Below are positions 36,935-51,370 of a DNA stretch of 64,000 bases, piece after piece. How positions within the stretch are numbered: the first letter of the stretch is position 1; every line of letters begins with the position of its first letter. The DNA is taken from contig NC_089432.1 in the NCBI RefSeq assembly GCF_026210795.1, forward strand, positions 3,100,001-3,164,000, read 5' to 3'. Source of the stretch: Rhizophagus irregularis. Taxonomy: Eukaryota. Below the pieces are notes generated by a model. The model searched no databases. It had not been told where the DNA came from and was given only the letters and a program-made list of their open reading frames with translations. A program made the position numbers and the translations under genes.

Positions 36935-39900
36935 GGTTAAACCAGTCGGTTAAACGGTCGGTCAGAAGTTTTTGACTGACCAATATCGGTCACGGTCATA
37001 ACCGGTCATGACCGGTTAATAACCGTGACCGTTGCCATCCCTAGTTACACAAGTAAATTATTGTCTAAATGAATGATAAATTAATTATTTTATTTATTTT
37101 TTATATCAGAGGATTTACGTAACACATGTCTTTTATAGAAATGGGATAACTCAGTTCTCTAATTAATTTACTAACATGTGATTAAATATAATAATTATCG
37201 CAATAAGGATGAAACATGCAAAACTTTACATATACTAATTAAAATAAGTAATAAGAAATTAATTATGTATATACTATATGAACATGTTTTATCAAAACAA
37301 AAATTTGTTTAATCTCTTTCTAAATACCTCTGTTTCAGAAATTACTAAATTCCCATTAGTTGAATAAACTTAGCCTTTAAAGTTCGGTCATAAACAGAGG
37401 TGAAATAATATCACCTTGATCTATTCCAATTTTCATTGGTTAAGTTTCAAAGAATAAAATTTAAATATCTTTCTACTTCTTGCCAAACAATACTTATAAT
37501 AGTTTGGAACAAACTATATTACCAAATAAAATTCAAAACAAATTCAAAGTTAATAATATATATATATAATATAACTATAAATAGACAAAAGTTTTAGAGA
37601 TTTATTAATTCCTAACACTAATATATAAATATAAAAATAAATGTTTTGAAAGCATTAAATGTTGTTCAAAGTTGAATAATAACAATTATATGTAATATGT
37701 TATGCAATTATATATACTAATATTATTTATATTACTTAACAAATAGTTAGTATTCATATCATGAAGAAATTTCATTAACATGCCTTATAAAAAATGGGCA
37801 AAAAGCAAATACTTTTATCAAAAGCCAAACTTTATTTAGGATTTTATAAATTTCTAATGAGAAAATGGACCAAGTTTCGTTTTTATTTATCAAAACCACA
37901 TCATAATATTTAATTTTAAAAAATATTCTTAAATAAATGAAAGAAAAAAAATTAGCAAAAAGTGTGATTATAAACCATGTTTTATCATTTTATATCATGC
38001 AAGGTTTGTCTGTCACATCAAGATAATTTTCGCGTAAGTAGCTTTTATTCATATGACCGATATAAGTAATCATAAACTCATGAGTTGAGTGAGCCAGGCG
38101 TTTCTCATTTTACTAATTTATACCCCAGTTTCCTATTGGTATTCCTGATTCGCCTTAATAAGGCATCATTTCTTTGATGTGCCAATATTGATGTAACCCC
38201 TTATTTATATCTGATTGAAAATTATTTTATGTTACTTATCTTTGTCTGTAAATCTTTTGCATAATTTCATAAAAATAATTAATCTAATGCTCATAATATT
38301 ATAAAAACTACACTTAGAGATTTATTAGACTAAACCTGCCAATCAAACATTTAGATTTTAGATTAAAAAGATATAATTATTTCAGCTTAAATTGTTTCTA
38401 TTAGAACTATTCGTATGGCAAGATTAAAGAAATTATAAAAATTAAATACATTCGTGTTAAAAATTCACATTTATTAATTATGGTTGTGGTTAATAATTTA
38501 TAAATAAATTGTTGGACTTGCAGTTATTCATTGTGACAATAATTGATGGAATAGTCAATTTACAAGATTGAGAACTAGGCAATATTATTTCCAACACAGA
38601 TAAATAGTTATTAAACTCTGGTGTTGCCTACTTCCTGTTAAAATAAATTATTGCAAAAATAACAGAATTTCTTAAAGGCGAAATAAATAACATTAAACAA
38701 TATGAAGTAATTAATTAGTTTCGGCAATATCTAAAATCATCAACTCATAAATCACAGATAAGAATTATGTGTTAAATGGGGACTTGCACCAAATCAAACT
38801 TTTATTTCATGTTTTTATTGATCTATTATTTTTAGGGAGCAGAAAGACATCACTAATGTATCTGCTTTTTCTCTTATTCTGGGTGGAATAAAAAATAAAA
38901 ATTTCAAGAATTAAGTAAAACAGGACAAAACTCAACAAATTTGATAAAAACTATAAAACTTTTTTTAATATTCCTTTTAACAATTGTAATGGATTTTTTA
39001 TCTTATAGATTTTTATTTATATTTTTGCCAAGATTTTAATTTTGGCTAAATTATAATTTTATATAATGCCGGCCTAAATTAAATGTCACGTGATCGAATA
39101 AATTTTAATTTATGATTGGCTCTTACGGTTAGAATTTTTTATTTTATAAATCGATTCCTTTTTACATATAAAACTTTACTTTTTTACCTAGTCAAAATCT
39201 AATCATAAGTCAAAAGTTATTCAAGATTTTCTAAATTTCTAGTATAGAGGTTCTACACTGTATATAAAATGTGTATGCATACAGCTTAAAATGTAAGTAT
39301 TTTTTATAATCATCAAGTTCAGCGTCGTCGAGACTACATAAACAAAAGAGGACAGAAAGGTTTGAGGAACGATCAGGTATTGGTAGTTAATTTAGAAAAT
39401 AACAAAAACATAATAGAAAAATATTTGATAAAATAAATAATAAAAATTTTTTTTTAGGATAGCGTATATAGTTTTTTTAGATTAGATATAGTTTAGTTAC
39501 ATAGTGTTTAGATTTTATATGTTTGGACGAAAGAAATTTTATAATGCGAATAGCGCTCTGGTTACGTTAGTCTTTGCTTTGCTTGAAGTGGCAAAGTTGT
39601 AATATGGAGAGAGCTAATGTAAAAATGTGGTTTTTTATGTTAGTTTTCAATGTATTTCTCTTTTATGTTTAATGTGCAAAATTTCTGTCGTACTTTTTAC
39701 TAATAAAGCAAAGGAAATTCGTTTATTATAAAAAAAAAAAAAAAAAAAAAAATTTTTATAATCCATTAAAATCTCATTGGTTTGACGCATCATTCGCATG
39801 GTCTGACATCATATTGTTGCTAATTAATGAATAGTATAACGTAGGACAGACATGATTGTTACTTCACACAAATTCATTGTTTGTAATGCCACATGTACAG

Positions 39901-40024
39901 TAACACTAATATATGCACTAATATAAAATAGATAGTACAAATTTCTATTTTCATTTCTTTTTTTTTCTTAAACTTCGTAATTCAAAAATTAACTTCTACA
40001 GCAAGAACTTTTTTAATATTTACA

Positions 40025-42177
40025 ATGTCTAATAATAACACTGAACTTAAAGTTATTGGTAACTCAAATGAGTGGATTAATTTGATTGAAGAATCTCTTG
40101 TGAAAAAGCAAATTAAATATTATGATTACAAATATTTTGATAATATTCAAGAAATTGGTTTTGGAAGTTTTGGGAAAGTTTATCGTGCAAACTGGAAAAA
40201 TTCCCATGGTTACTTAGCATTGAAATCTTTTACTAATTTTAACATCACTGCTGAAGAAATTGTTAATGAAGTAATTATTTAAAATATATATTTTATCATT
40301 ATGATAGCATTATTTCATAATTTATAATTTTATTTATTATTTTAGATTAAACTTCAGCGTGAAGTGGACTTACATGAAAATATAATTCGCTTTAATGGTA
40401 TTACAACTGGTACAATATTATTAATTTTTTAAAAACATTGTTTAATAAAAATGAACAAAATCTAAAGTAATTTTTCTTTCAAAAGAAATCCAAAATGATA
40501 ATTCAAAAAAATATTCGCTAGTGATGGAATATGCCGATAGTGGTACCCTTCGAAATTATTTGAATGATCACTTTGAAAATTTAACTTGGAATGATAAGTT
40601 AAATTTGGCACTTCAGTTAGCTAATGCTTTATCATTATTACACAATAAAGAAATCATGCACCATGATTTGGTAAGTTATTTACTTATTTAATTTATATGG
40701 TAAGATCATATACTATAATTAATTATTTATTTGCTATATTTGATAATAGAATTCAAATAATATTTTAGTTCATAAGAATACCATTAAATTAGCAGATTTT
40801 GGATTGTCAAAAAGGATTAAAGAATCATTTAATTTTCAATCAAATTTATTTGAAATGGTCCCCTACGTTGACCCACAAATTTTTAATATAATAGATGACA
40901 ATAACACCCAAATTCAAGTATATTCATTAAATAAAAAGAGTGACATTTACAGTATTGGCGTACTCTTGTGGGAAATATCTAGTGGTCGGCCACCTTTTTA
41001 TAATGAACCACATAATGTTGATTTAGCCATGGAAATTCTACGAAGTTTTAGAGAGAAGCCCATTCCTAATACACCTGAAAACTACATAAAAATTTATACT
41101 GGTAAATGCTACTAAATTTTATTATAGTTAGTAATGGTCTAATTAATAAAAGTTTATTTTTTTTATTTAGAATGCTGGAATAATGAACCAGATAATCGTC
41201 CAACTATTAATCAAATTATTATTAAATTAAGTGCAATTATTTTGGATTTACAACAAAACAATTTTAATGCAGGTATTCAATTATCAAATAAACAGCTGCT
41301 TAAATCAAGTATTGAAATTCCTGAAAAATTTATCAATGATTTATTACACGAAAAAATATCCAAAATTATTCAAAATTATATTAAGATAAATATAAAAGAA
41401 ATAGAGCCTTCAATTTCATCAAATCTAATTATAAATAATTTTAGCATGGTTATTAATGAAATAACTATACTTCTTGAAAGTATAGAAACAAATAGAAGAA
41501 AATATGAAATTATTAATTATCTTAAAAATCATAATATAACTTCCCAAGAATTTTTTTATTGGCTATTAAATAATCAGGATGATTCAGATTCAGTTTTTTT
41601 ACTTGGAGTATTCAATCATTTTGGAATTGAAATTAATGTAGACAAGCAAAAGGCGTTTGAATTATATCAAAATGCAGCAAATTTAGGAAATGTTTATGGA
41701 ATGATTGGTTTAGGATACTGTTATGACGAGGGAATTGGAACTGATATTAATGAACCAAAGGCATTTGAATTATATCAAGAGGTTGCAAATTTAGGAAATT
41801 CACGTGGGATTTATAATTTGGGATCTTGCTATGAATGTGGAATTGGAACTAATGTTAATGAACAAAAGGCATTTGAACTATATCAAGAAGCTGCAAATTT
41901 AGGAAACATGCTTGCAATTAATAATTTAGGATCTTGTTATTTAAATGGATTTGGGACGAATGTTAGTAAGAAAAGAGCATTTGGATTATTTCAAGAGGCG
42001 GCAAAATTAGGAAACCATGTAGCTCAATATAATCTCGCCTGTATGTATAAAAATGGAGAAGGAACTAAAAAGGATATAAATCAAGCAATTTATTGGTATA
42101 AAATTTCTGCTAAACAAGGAGATCTAGATGCTCAAAATGAATTAAATAATTTAATAAATAATGATATTAAGTTGTAA
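40025..42177 (+). CDS. TKL kinase + Sel1 repeats (copy 2); exons ~40025-40270, 40346-40409, 40486-40670, 40750-41101, 41171-42177
   Basis: Same intron positions as copy 1; GFGSFG, HHDL|NSNNILV, DFG; five Sel1 repeats. Confidence 0.92.
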
Positions 42178-43521
42178 TACATTTTGTATAATTTCTAGAT
42201 TTTATTAATTGTGTACTAGCAAAGTCATTGATTTGTTACAGATCTATAATGAAAATATTCAGTCTAATTCTTATGCTAAGTAAAAAATTCATGTGTAATG
42301 ATGTATGGGAATCTTTGCTAATGAAATAACTATTCTAATTTGTACTAACAAATCGGCACTTTTTTGAATACATAGTGACTTAATAATAAGAGAAAAGAAA
42401 GGTTAGACAACGTATACTCTTTATTTGGTTTTGATCTACATGAAAACTTTGCCCGCGAATTTAATATCTTAGAATTTGATTATTGGATTTAAGAATAATG
42501 AATCCTAAATCTAAGAATATAACGCCTACCCTCCCTTCCTGTGAATGGGAGACATTTATATATTTTTTGTAGATCATAAAAAAAAAAATTTTTATGTGGC
42601 TGAAATAACAAATAAAAATAATAAATAAATCATGCTTCTGAAAAAATTTCCAAAATTGGTTTTTGAAAAAAAAAACTGAATTCGGATTTTTTTATTAAAT
42701 ATTAAATGAAAAAATTTTTTTTATTAAGAAATTTCTTACATTAATTAAAATATTCTAAAAAAATCAAAAAATCTTCATGCAGCTTGCATTTTTTTTCTTT
42801 GATTAACTCATCGTAGTATAAAAACTTGATATGTTTTTTCCTATTTTGTATTATACTGCGCATTGTCCTACAATTCTTTTTAAAAGTAAATCATTTTATT
42901 TTTGCCATGAAAAATTCTTGAAAAAATTTTCAGTGAAAATTTATTTCTTATTCCTTAAAATAGCCAATCTGTTTAAATATTAGGATTTCTACTCCATTTG
43001 GATAAATAAAAAAAAAATATATATATATTTTTATATTGTATATCAAGAATCGAATTTTTTTTTGTATAAATAAAATTATATGATACTTTTTTTGGAAAAA
43101 ATCATCTTATCATTTCTACCTTAGGATTTAGGAATGATATGTAGTGCCTCGATTATTTAAGCCCATTGTAAATAAAAATGCCAAACAGTATTTTTTTTTT
43201 CTTTCTTTCATATAACTAACCTGCTTTTTACTTATAAGTTATATGAATTTGACCTATTTTAAGAATTATTTCTTTTTTTCTATTTTTTTTTTTTTTTTTT
43301 TAATAACATCTTTTTTGTATGATATTTTGTAATTTTATTTTTCATGGATAAATAACATGAAAAAAATTTTTCTTTTTCGTAAATGTAAATAAAATGTAAA
43401 ATATGTATTTGTATTGAAATGATAGTAATGGTGAAAAAAATTTTTTTATCTAAGAATTAAAAAGGGAATATAAAAAAGTACTGCCTATTTTTACCATTCA
43501 ATTATTCACTAACTTCCCACT

Positions 43522-43660
43522 ATGCTTGCTAAAATCTCAACTATTTCCTATGTACATGATTCTGACTCAAGATTACATGGTCAAAGAAATTCAAGAACTA
43601 ATGATAATGATGTGATCAAGGTCATTTATCTTAAGGTCAAGGCTTTTATTCCATCTGACT
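43522..43660 (+). pseudogene. Fragment of a repetitive hypothetical-protein family
   Basis: MLAKISTISYVHD...DYMVKEI...VIYLKVKAFIPSD across frameshifts. Confidence 0.45.
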
Positions 43661-46419
43661 GATATATATCAAAAGAAAGTTTGTGGGATGTTCTAGGTGG
43701 TACTCTGTAAGTATCCAAATTTTTCAATATGTGAATGATTATCTCTTTCTTCGCTAATTTCATCTCTTAATAATGAAGATAGATGGGTGACAGGAACTTC
43801 CGCTTGTGCAGAATTTCCTAAGGTAAAGGAGGAAACCTGGTAGTATATTTCTTACATGCTTCATATAAGTAATTGATGATCATGATGTACAGTATTCAAG
43901 AAGCTTTTACAGGAATTTATTGAATTTTACTATGTCTTAAACATAATAAACAATAAGTAATCTATTGCTTACAACCTTTATTTTTATTATTTTCAATTTT
44001 TATTTTCAATTTGTTTCATAAAAACTTATTATTATTACATATTAAATATACTCTAATAAAATTTGATATACTCATTTTATTACATAAAATTCCTAATAAA
44101 TTAAAATAAATTGACTAATTTGTATACGTTTGCCTAACAATCTTCATGTTCCTACAACCAAATAATGCACTACCTCTAACATAAATTGTCAATCCACAAC
44201 TTTTTTTAATACTTTCATGTTTAATTTTCATAACAATCCCTCCTAGTATAATGTGCATGGTGTGGGTACTGGTGATAAACTGAAGTACTGGCTAGTTAAT
44301 AAAGAAATAACAGAAAAGTAACATAAAATAATTTCATTATATGTGCCACAATTTGAATTGGTCTCAAAAAGACATCTTTCTACATCCAAATAAATCACTT
44401 TATTACAGTACTTGCCCTATATATTGTAAAATTTCAAATAAAGCTTATTGATATTGTTTATAATTTATTTTTGATTGTTATATTTAGATAATTATTAATT
44501 TGTGCACACTAGCAGTACAATAATACTCTTATTTTATCATATTTATTTAGATGTTTTTGAAGAAAACTCACTAAATCAGGTTGGACTGGTTGACAGATTG
44601 AAACATACCAACTCTACTCATTTACAGTTATATATGTCAGCCTTTTTATTCTGGTTACAAAGTAGTTGTATTTTCCCACAGCTTTAGTATAAGCCTGCAA
44701 TAAAAATCCCCTTTTCCCCTTGTATGTTTGATCGTGTTCTCCCTCATCATCTCCACATATAGCGCATTTTTCTTGATTTGTAATTAATGCTTCAAATTTT
44801 TGACATTTACACTTAAAGCATTTTCTTGGGATAGCATCTACATTTATCGGTCTATTAGTTTATGTATATAGATAAGAAACATTACATTTAAAGAAGAGTC
44901 CTCCACGTACCTTGGCCATTTTTACACAAATAATTTTAAATCAATAACCATTTTGCTGGATGTTGACTCCAAATTTGTTGCTGAATTTACAGTTCACTAG
45001 TATTAATGTCAATTCTTTGTGTTTAATTAAAATTAAACTATATGTTTTATTGATATGTAAGCAGAAGGTTAAATTTATTGTAAATAAAGTGTATATATTT
45101 AAGTTAATCAATGCAAACCAATTACAGTTAAAATGAATCAATGAAATAAATGTAAATCACTAAAATTTAACATTGATCCAATTAGATGTGAATAAGGTAT
45201 AGCTATACAATCAGACACAAATAAAGAATAATAAACAAGAAAAAATGTAACAAAAATAAAATAAAAAGGAAGATGAAATAACTGGGTATGAAAGTGTCAG
45301 TAAATTTTTTAATATAAAAATATTAGGTTATATCTTTTTTTTTCAATCTTTACAAAACTTTGTATTTATATTAACTTTCTAATATAAAAGTTATTAAATA
45401 TGAATGCTATATTTCCTTTATGCTATATATTAACTATATTTACTATGTTTATTATATTTAATATGACATGCAATATAATAAATATATTCAATATATTTAA
45501 CATTTCTAACATAAATCATCATACAATGTTGATCATTGATGCTATGCAATGAAATCTAGGCATAACACTGGCAGTAGTATAGTGAATAATGGTAATATCA
45601 TAGTCAATTGTAAATAGTCTGACATCATTAAACTATTGATATTTGATATCTTGGTTTTGTCTAATTTTCAGGTATTCAAAGGACTTTCAGAAATGAATTC
45701 CTATTCTAGCAAAAGCAGTCTTAGCATTTCAGTATACCAAATAATCTCAAAATTAACAAATCTGTTTTTTGAGGTTATACTGTATATCACACACTCTTTT
45801 TCATTTTGTTAAATAATGTATAAGATTATATAAATCTTTGTGTACTTTTTCAAACATTTTTATCCAGTTTCCATTTTTTCATCTCCTGTTTTGTAAAATT
45901 GTCTTTATGATATGATTTGATTCATTTTACAAGCAGTTTACAGTATTCCAAAGCAGTTCACTTCTGCCTACGCCCTCAGGAAAAATCAATAATTGAATGT
46001 GAGGTAGTAATAATTAACCTACAAAGGATACTAACCGATACTTGACAATAAGTTACCCAGCAGAAAAGCTCATACCTTGAAGTTGTCTTCAATATATTAG
46101 TTTGATTAAATTTGCATTGTATCCACCCATTATAGTAGTAAGCTTTTATACAATTAAAATTTTGACAGTATCTTGAAAGTTCATTCTCTTTTCAAGATAT
46201 TCAACTTTAGTTTTTTGATACTTTAAATAACTAAGTAAACTTGGTCAGTTGTTCCCAGTGATTTCCTTCCAGTATTCTTCAATATGAGACAATCTTCAAA
46301 AAAATGTATTGCACCTTTTACCTTTTCAAGATTGAGAAAATTATGGGATCTGATATGATTGATAATCTAATATAAGAATACTTCAAACATTAAATGATCA
46401 ATACAATACCATCAGTATA

Positions 46420-46850
46420 AATTTTATATTTGGTATATGTTTTGGAATTTGCTTTCCCAAAAAGTGGTGATTCTCTCCACAATGTACCATGCCATTATTC
46501 TTTTTATTTCAGAATCAATACCAGGATCAAAGTACATATATTAAGGAACAGTAATATCTCTCTAATAGATAATTGATATGCATTCCTTATACTTTTTGGA
46601 AATTGATGGGATTTTTTTAATGAAATAGATGTTTATCTTCCATTCCTCCCAGATAGTTTGGTTGTTGATAGCTGAAGGTCCTGTTTGCATTTCTCAAAGA
46701 ATTATTAATGCTTAAAATCGTTTCTAGTTCTACTGATTCCAATTTTTTAGGAGCTTCTAGTATTATATACATCAGGTGACATCTCAAAATCTTTTTAGAT
46801 GGTAAAAATTTATATTGGATTTTATTGAACTGACATTTTTTCAATCAATT
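46420..46850 (-). pseudogene. Heavily degenerate transposase-like relic (possibly CACTA/Plavaka-type)
   Basis: KIPSISK..AYQLSIREI...YFDPGIDSEIK..WHGTLWRESPLFGK assembled across frameshifts; surrounding 44-48.5 kb looks like decayed coding DNA; family is from recollection. Confidence 0.45.
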
Positions 46851-49800
46851 CATATCTTATATTAGTAAAGGAATTTAAAATATGAAGAATTGGTGAATGA
46901 CATTCAATAATAATATTTTTCCATAAAGGAGAATAAGAAATTGTAGAAATATTAAAGTAAGAAAAACTAATTGGTAAAGAATTATAATCATGAGAAGAAC
47001 ATGCTTCAATAACAGAAACTTAAACATTAAAACAAAGTCTAGTAAAGTGTATCTCATGAAGAAAAGGAACCTTGTATCCTCTGTTATTTTTTTCATTATC
47101 TTTTATCTCTATTACAATCTTTTAAGTATTATTGAATAATCTGGCTGTAAAATTATATCAAGTTCTTAATTGAGTTATTGAGACTAATTGATTTGCATTC
47201 TTATATTAGCCTTACTAATATTTGTTTTTTGATATTGTAAATTTTAAAACTTTGCAGTTATTGTTGCAACAATCAACATGATACTTTGAAGAGATTTCTG
47301 TTACACCAGCAATCCACTTAATAATGTACTCAATAAAGTTCCAATCTCACAAACACCAGATATCCCAAATATTTGAAAAAATAAGTTTAACCACAAATAG
47401 AGTTTAAAAAATAATGATCAATGATTACAGCACCAAAATAAACTTAAATAATTCATTGTATCTTAATAAAATACTTATACTATCATAATTACTAGATAGT
47501 TAGTAATTAAAAAAATATAAAAGAAAAAGAGAAAATATATATATTATTATAGAATAATAACTAAAATTTCTAGACAACTTATATTTTGGATAATAAAAAT
47601 TTAAATTTCAGTATGTAAGTCAAATAATATAATGTAATACTAGTTTATTTAATAAAATATCTAAATCTGACTAGGACCAAATTCTGTAACAATTGATAAT
47701 TCAATTAAGCTCTTTTTGTCCTTTGCATTTCTATGGTTTCTCCCTAAGTCAAATCTTTTTTTGTTTTTATGGTCTTTTACAAATCTAAATTATTTTCTTT
47801 CAGTATTCATGATCTGAATAAAAACAATTGAGAAAATTTGACAAGGAAATTTCATCCTATTTCTTATTAAGTTTAAAAAAATGAAATCTAGCAATTAAAA
47901 TTATAATTATCCAAAAATAAGCATGTAAAAGGCATACTTCAGTAACTTCAGTAATACTATAATATTAAAATAAATCTGAAATTTTAAAATTGGCTTTTAA
48001 TAGTAGTATTTACATTTTAATGATTTTGAGGCAAAATGAAATGTTTACTAAAACTAGTAATTTTTTTAGTAATAATCTTAAATAATCCTATATATATGAT
48101 ATTTAGTTTTTAAGCCTCAAATGTACTTATTGTTAGTTCAATAAAGATAAATTACAAAATTCTTATCATGCAAATTTTGATGGTATATAAATTATTTAAT
48201 TTGGTAAAGAGAGAAAGAATTATTTTCTACTTTTAAGTAGTGTTAGTTATAAAAGTCAAGTAATTTTCATTTATTATATTTATAGGTTCATACTCTTCTT
48301 TCCAAAAATCTGTTATCATTATTTGCCTATTCGTTGTACCAGAAAATTTTAAATGATTGACTGTTATGTTTTTGATTTCGTCCATATTTTGTAATAAGAT
48401 CCTCATTTTGCTCATTTTCTATCATCAACATATCTATATGAATTTTTCTATGTTTGATTAGTTATTTCATTATTCACTCTAACAGCAACTTTGGAAATAA
48501 CTTTATTGTTTTAAGAAAATACTAAAGTGTGGTTTGTGCACTGATAATTTCAACTTTAAATATCAGTAAGTTTGAAAGATGATGGCTGAATAGGAATAAA
48601 TTTTGTAAGGAATCAAAGGTGAAAAATCATGATAAATTATCTTATTATGAAAGTATTGTCATAATTCTTAAATATGCATTTGTATAATAATAACATAAAT
48701 TTGATACTTTAATATATATGTCAAATAATTTAAATCATATGTAAAATTTTTAGTAATAAATAGGAATGGAGCTGAAATTTCATAATAAGATAAGTCACGA
48801 GAGTTATAAAAATCTCTTGTTAATGAAGTTTATTTTACTTCTAAAAAGTATAACTAGTATGTAATGATAATTTAATTTTTCTTTAAAAAAAAGAAAGTGA
48901 GAATAAAATAATAAACAGTGTATACATTTATAAAATTATAAAATAATATACTTTATGTAAAAAATTATTATACAGTAAAAGAGAGGGGAAAGAAAAAAAG
49001 GGATAAATAATCAGGATTAAACAAATTTGGGCTTATATTTATTTTTACTGGGAGATTGCTACATGTGAATTTTACCACATAACTAAGTCATAGCCACAAA
49101 ACAGAAATGTGATCCGGGATTTTCTAAATATCTAAATCATAGCCACAAAATCTCAATCTTTTAGTAAATTAAACATGAAATTTATATATTTTATTTAAAC
49201 AGAAATAGACTAAATTGATGTGAAGTAACTTAATCATGATTAGATTATCTTACACAAAGTTATCACAGCCCAGGCTCAAAATATATAAAATCAATATATT
49301 AACTTTTAATAACAAATATAATAATATTTATAAACCCAAAATTCTTAATTTATAAAAATTCACTAAATACTGAATTAAAAAAAATACCTAATATCCTAGC
49401 AAACTCATAAATTGCACTACCTAACAAAAAAAAATAGCTAGTATAAAAAAAAAAGATAATTCAATAAATTATATCAGACCTTAAGAAAGAATATTATTTT
49501 TGATGGTAGAAACAATTATGGCTATTATGGATATTGTAATTCTAGTTCAAATTTTCTTAACATTTGCTAACATGTCGTATATTGCAAATAAATAATTTAA
49601 TATTATTTATAATCTATTGACTGAACGCTTTAGATATCTTATTGGAGTTTGGTTACATTTCACATATGATAGGAAACAAAAAGTAATACTATATTGCACA
49701 AATATATAAGTCATTAATGTATATTTTTGTAAATGAAATCTGATTCATTGGTTAACAATACCATTGGAATGCACCTGAAATAGATTAATAGATGAACATT

Positions 49801-50214
49801 TGAAATTGTTAAATATAGCTTTGTTAGAATCTTTTCAAAGTAACTATTAATAGGGTTAATAATATGAGTTGTAAATTAAGTTTGATCCAATTGCGTATCT
49901 TTATTTTACCAAAACTACTAAAAGTTGGATAGATACAATGTAAAACATATTAATTAAAACATAAAAAACATTATCTATAAAGAATACAATAATTATATTT
50001 ATTCTTTTACTAATTTTTTAAAAAAAAATTGCTATGCCACAAGGAGGCTTAACAAAATGTTACTCCGTAACAAATAAAATTTTGTATTTTTGTATAACAG
50101 ATAGATCAAAATCACATTTAATTACGTCGTTACGTTACGTCGTTACGCCACATGTAATTATTTATTGATAATTATTAACTTTAATGAAAAGCTTAATGCC
50201 TTAGGACATTATTA

Positions 50215-50810
50215 GACATACAGTAACACAGTAGTTAAAAATAGTATAATAGAAGTAGGTGTAAACGAAGAAAATGATTTTTATTTTAATAATGGAATAG
50301 CTGCTTTAGATAATTATATAAAAGGAAATGAAAATATTATTAATTTTATAAAAAATAGTATTTTTGAAGAAAATAATGTGTCGTATGGAAAGACACAATT
50401 TAATTTAGTAATAGCGTTCAAAGATAGAAAATATAGAAAGAAGGGTGAAATACGCAATGAATATGTGATTTTTTAGTTGTTAATGTTTAAAGATTCTGGT
50501 AGAAATAACGAACTTAAATTGAGAATGATAATTCAAACGGATGATTATAACAATACCCATTCTACAGGCTATCATATAATGAAAATTATTATTGATTTTA
50601 TAAATGTGAGAAATGTACGTAGACGCCTTGATATAAATAAATATATCTTTTATTGTAGCATGGTTAGATAATTATAAAATTAATATTATAGAGGGAGAAA
50701 AACATTATATTGCATATGTAGAAAATATAAGAAGGAATTAGAAGATATTAGAGAAATCACCGTTCCTTCATTAATGGATTATACGTTAAAACTCAAAGTA
50801 TTAATCTATT
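50215..50810 (+). pseudogene. Intronless decayed ORF of unknown family
   Basis: One frame stays protein-like for ~190 codons (VVKNSIIEVGVNEENDFYF...LKLRMIIQTDD...ITVPSLMDYTLKLK) with a few stops. Confidence 0.4.
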
Positions 50811-51370
50811 AATTCAAGAATTTGCGTTAAGAATTTTTTAATTTCAGGAAATTATCGTGCATTCTTTAGAGAATCTTCAATTGGAGGAGAAGAATTTGAG
50901 ACCAGATCGATATAAATAATCTATATGTTCATTTGCATTTGCAAACTTTATTGAAGTTGATACTGTTTCATGTTATAAAAAAATTTTTAGCACATCGTTA
51001 CCTACCGATAAATAAGTTTTTATTCACTAACGTCAAAATCGGTATTCAAAATCTCCTTTCAAATTCAGTGAATATTAGAGCGGATAGAAGGTGGTACGTG
51101 ATTTAATTAAAAAACTGCGTGTTTACCAAAAAAAATCTTGAAATAGACATATTTTTAACTATTCTACAGTTTTCTAAAGTTTTATTGATATAAAATAAAA
51201 TTAATTATTTTTATAGGATGTTGATCGCAAAATTTAGATGTATAAAAAAAAAGATCATCCTTAAATAGATTGGTGTCACAAAACTTTGATCTCGTGATGT
51301 AAAGTTATATAATGAACATCGATTTGTCGATCTGCTTGATCTCTTCTTTTTTTGAGCATTTTTATTTAGA

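Larger units (their letters stand above)
33050..37043 (-). mobile_element. hAT MITE of the same family as 15662-16294 (opposite orientation), split by a 3.6-kb insertion
   Basis: TIR TAGGGATGGCAACGGTC at both ends; TSD GTTACGCA (33042-33049) / GTTACACA (37044-37051), one mismatch. Confidence 0.92.

Noticed and set aside
39241..39264. Tc1/pogo-like terminus (GTATAGAGGTTCTACACTGTA)
   Set aside because: No partner inverted repeat found, so no element can be delimited
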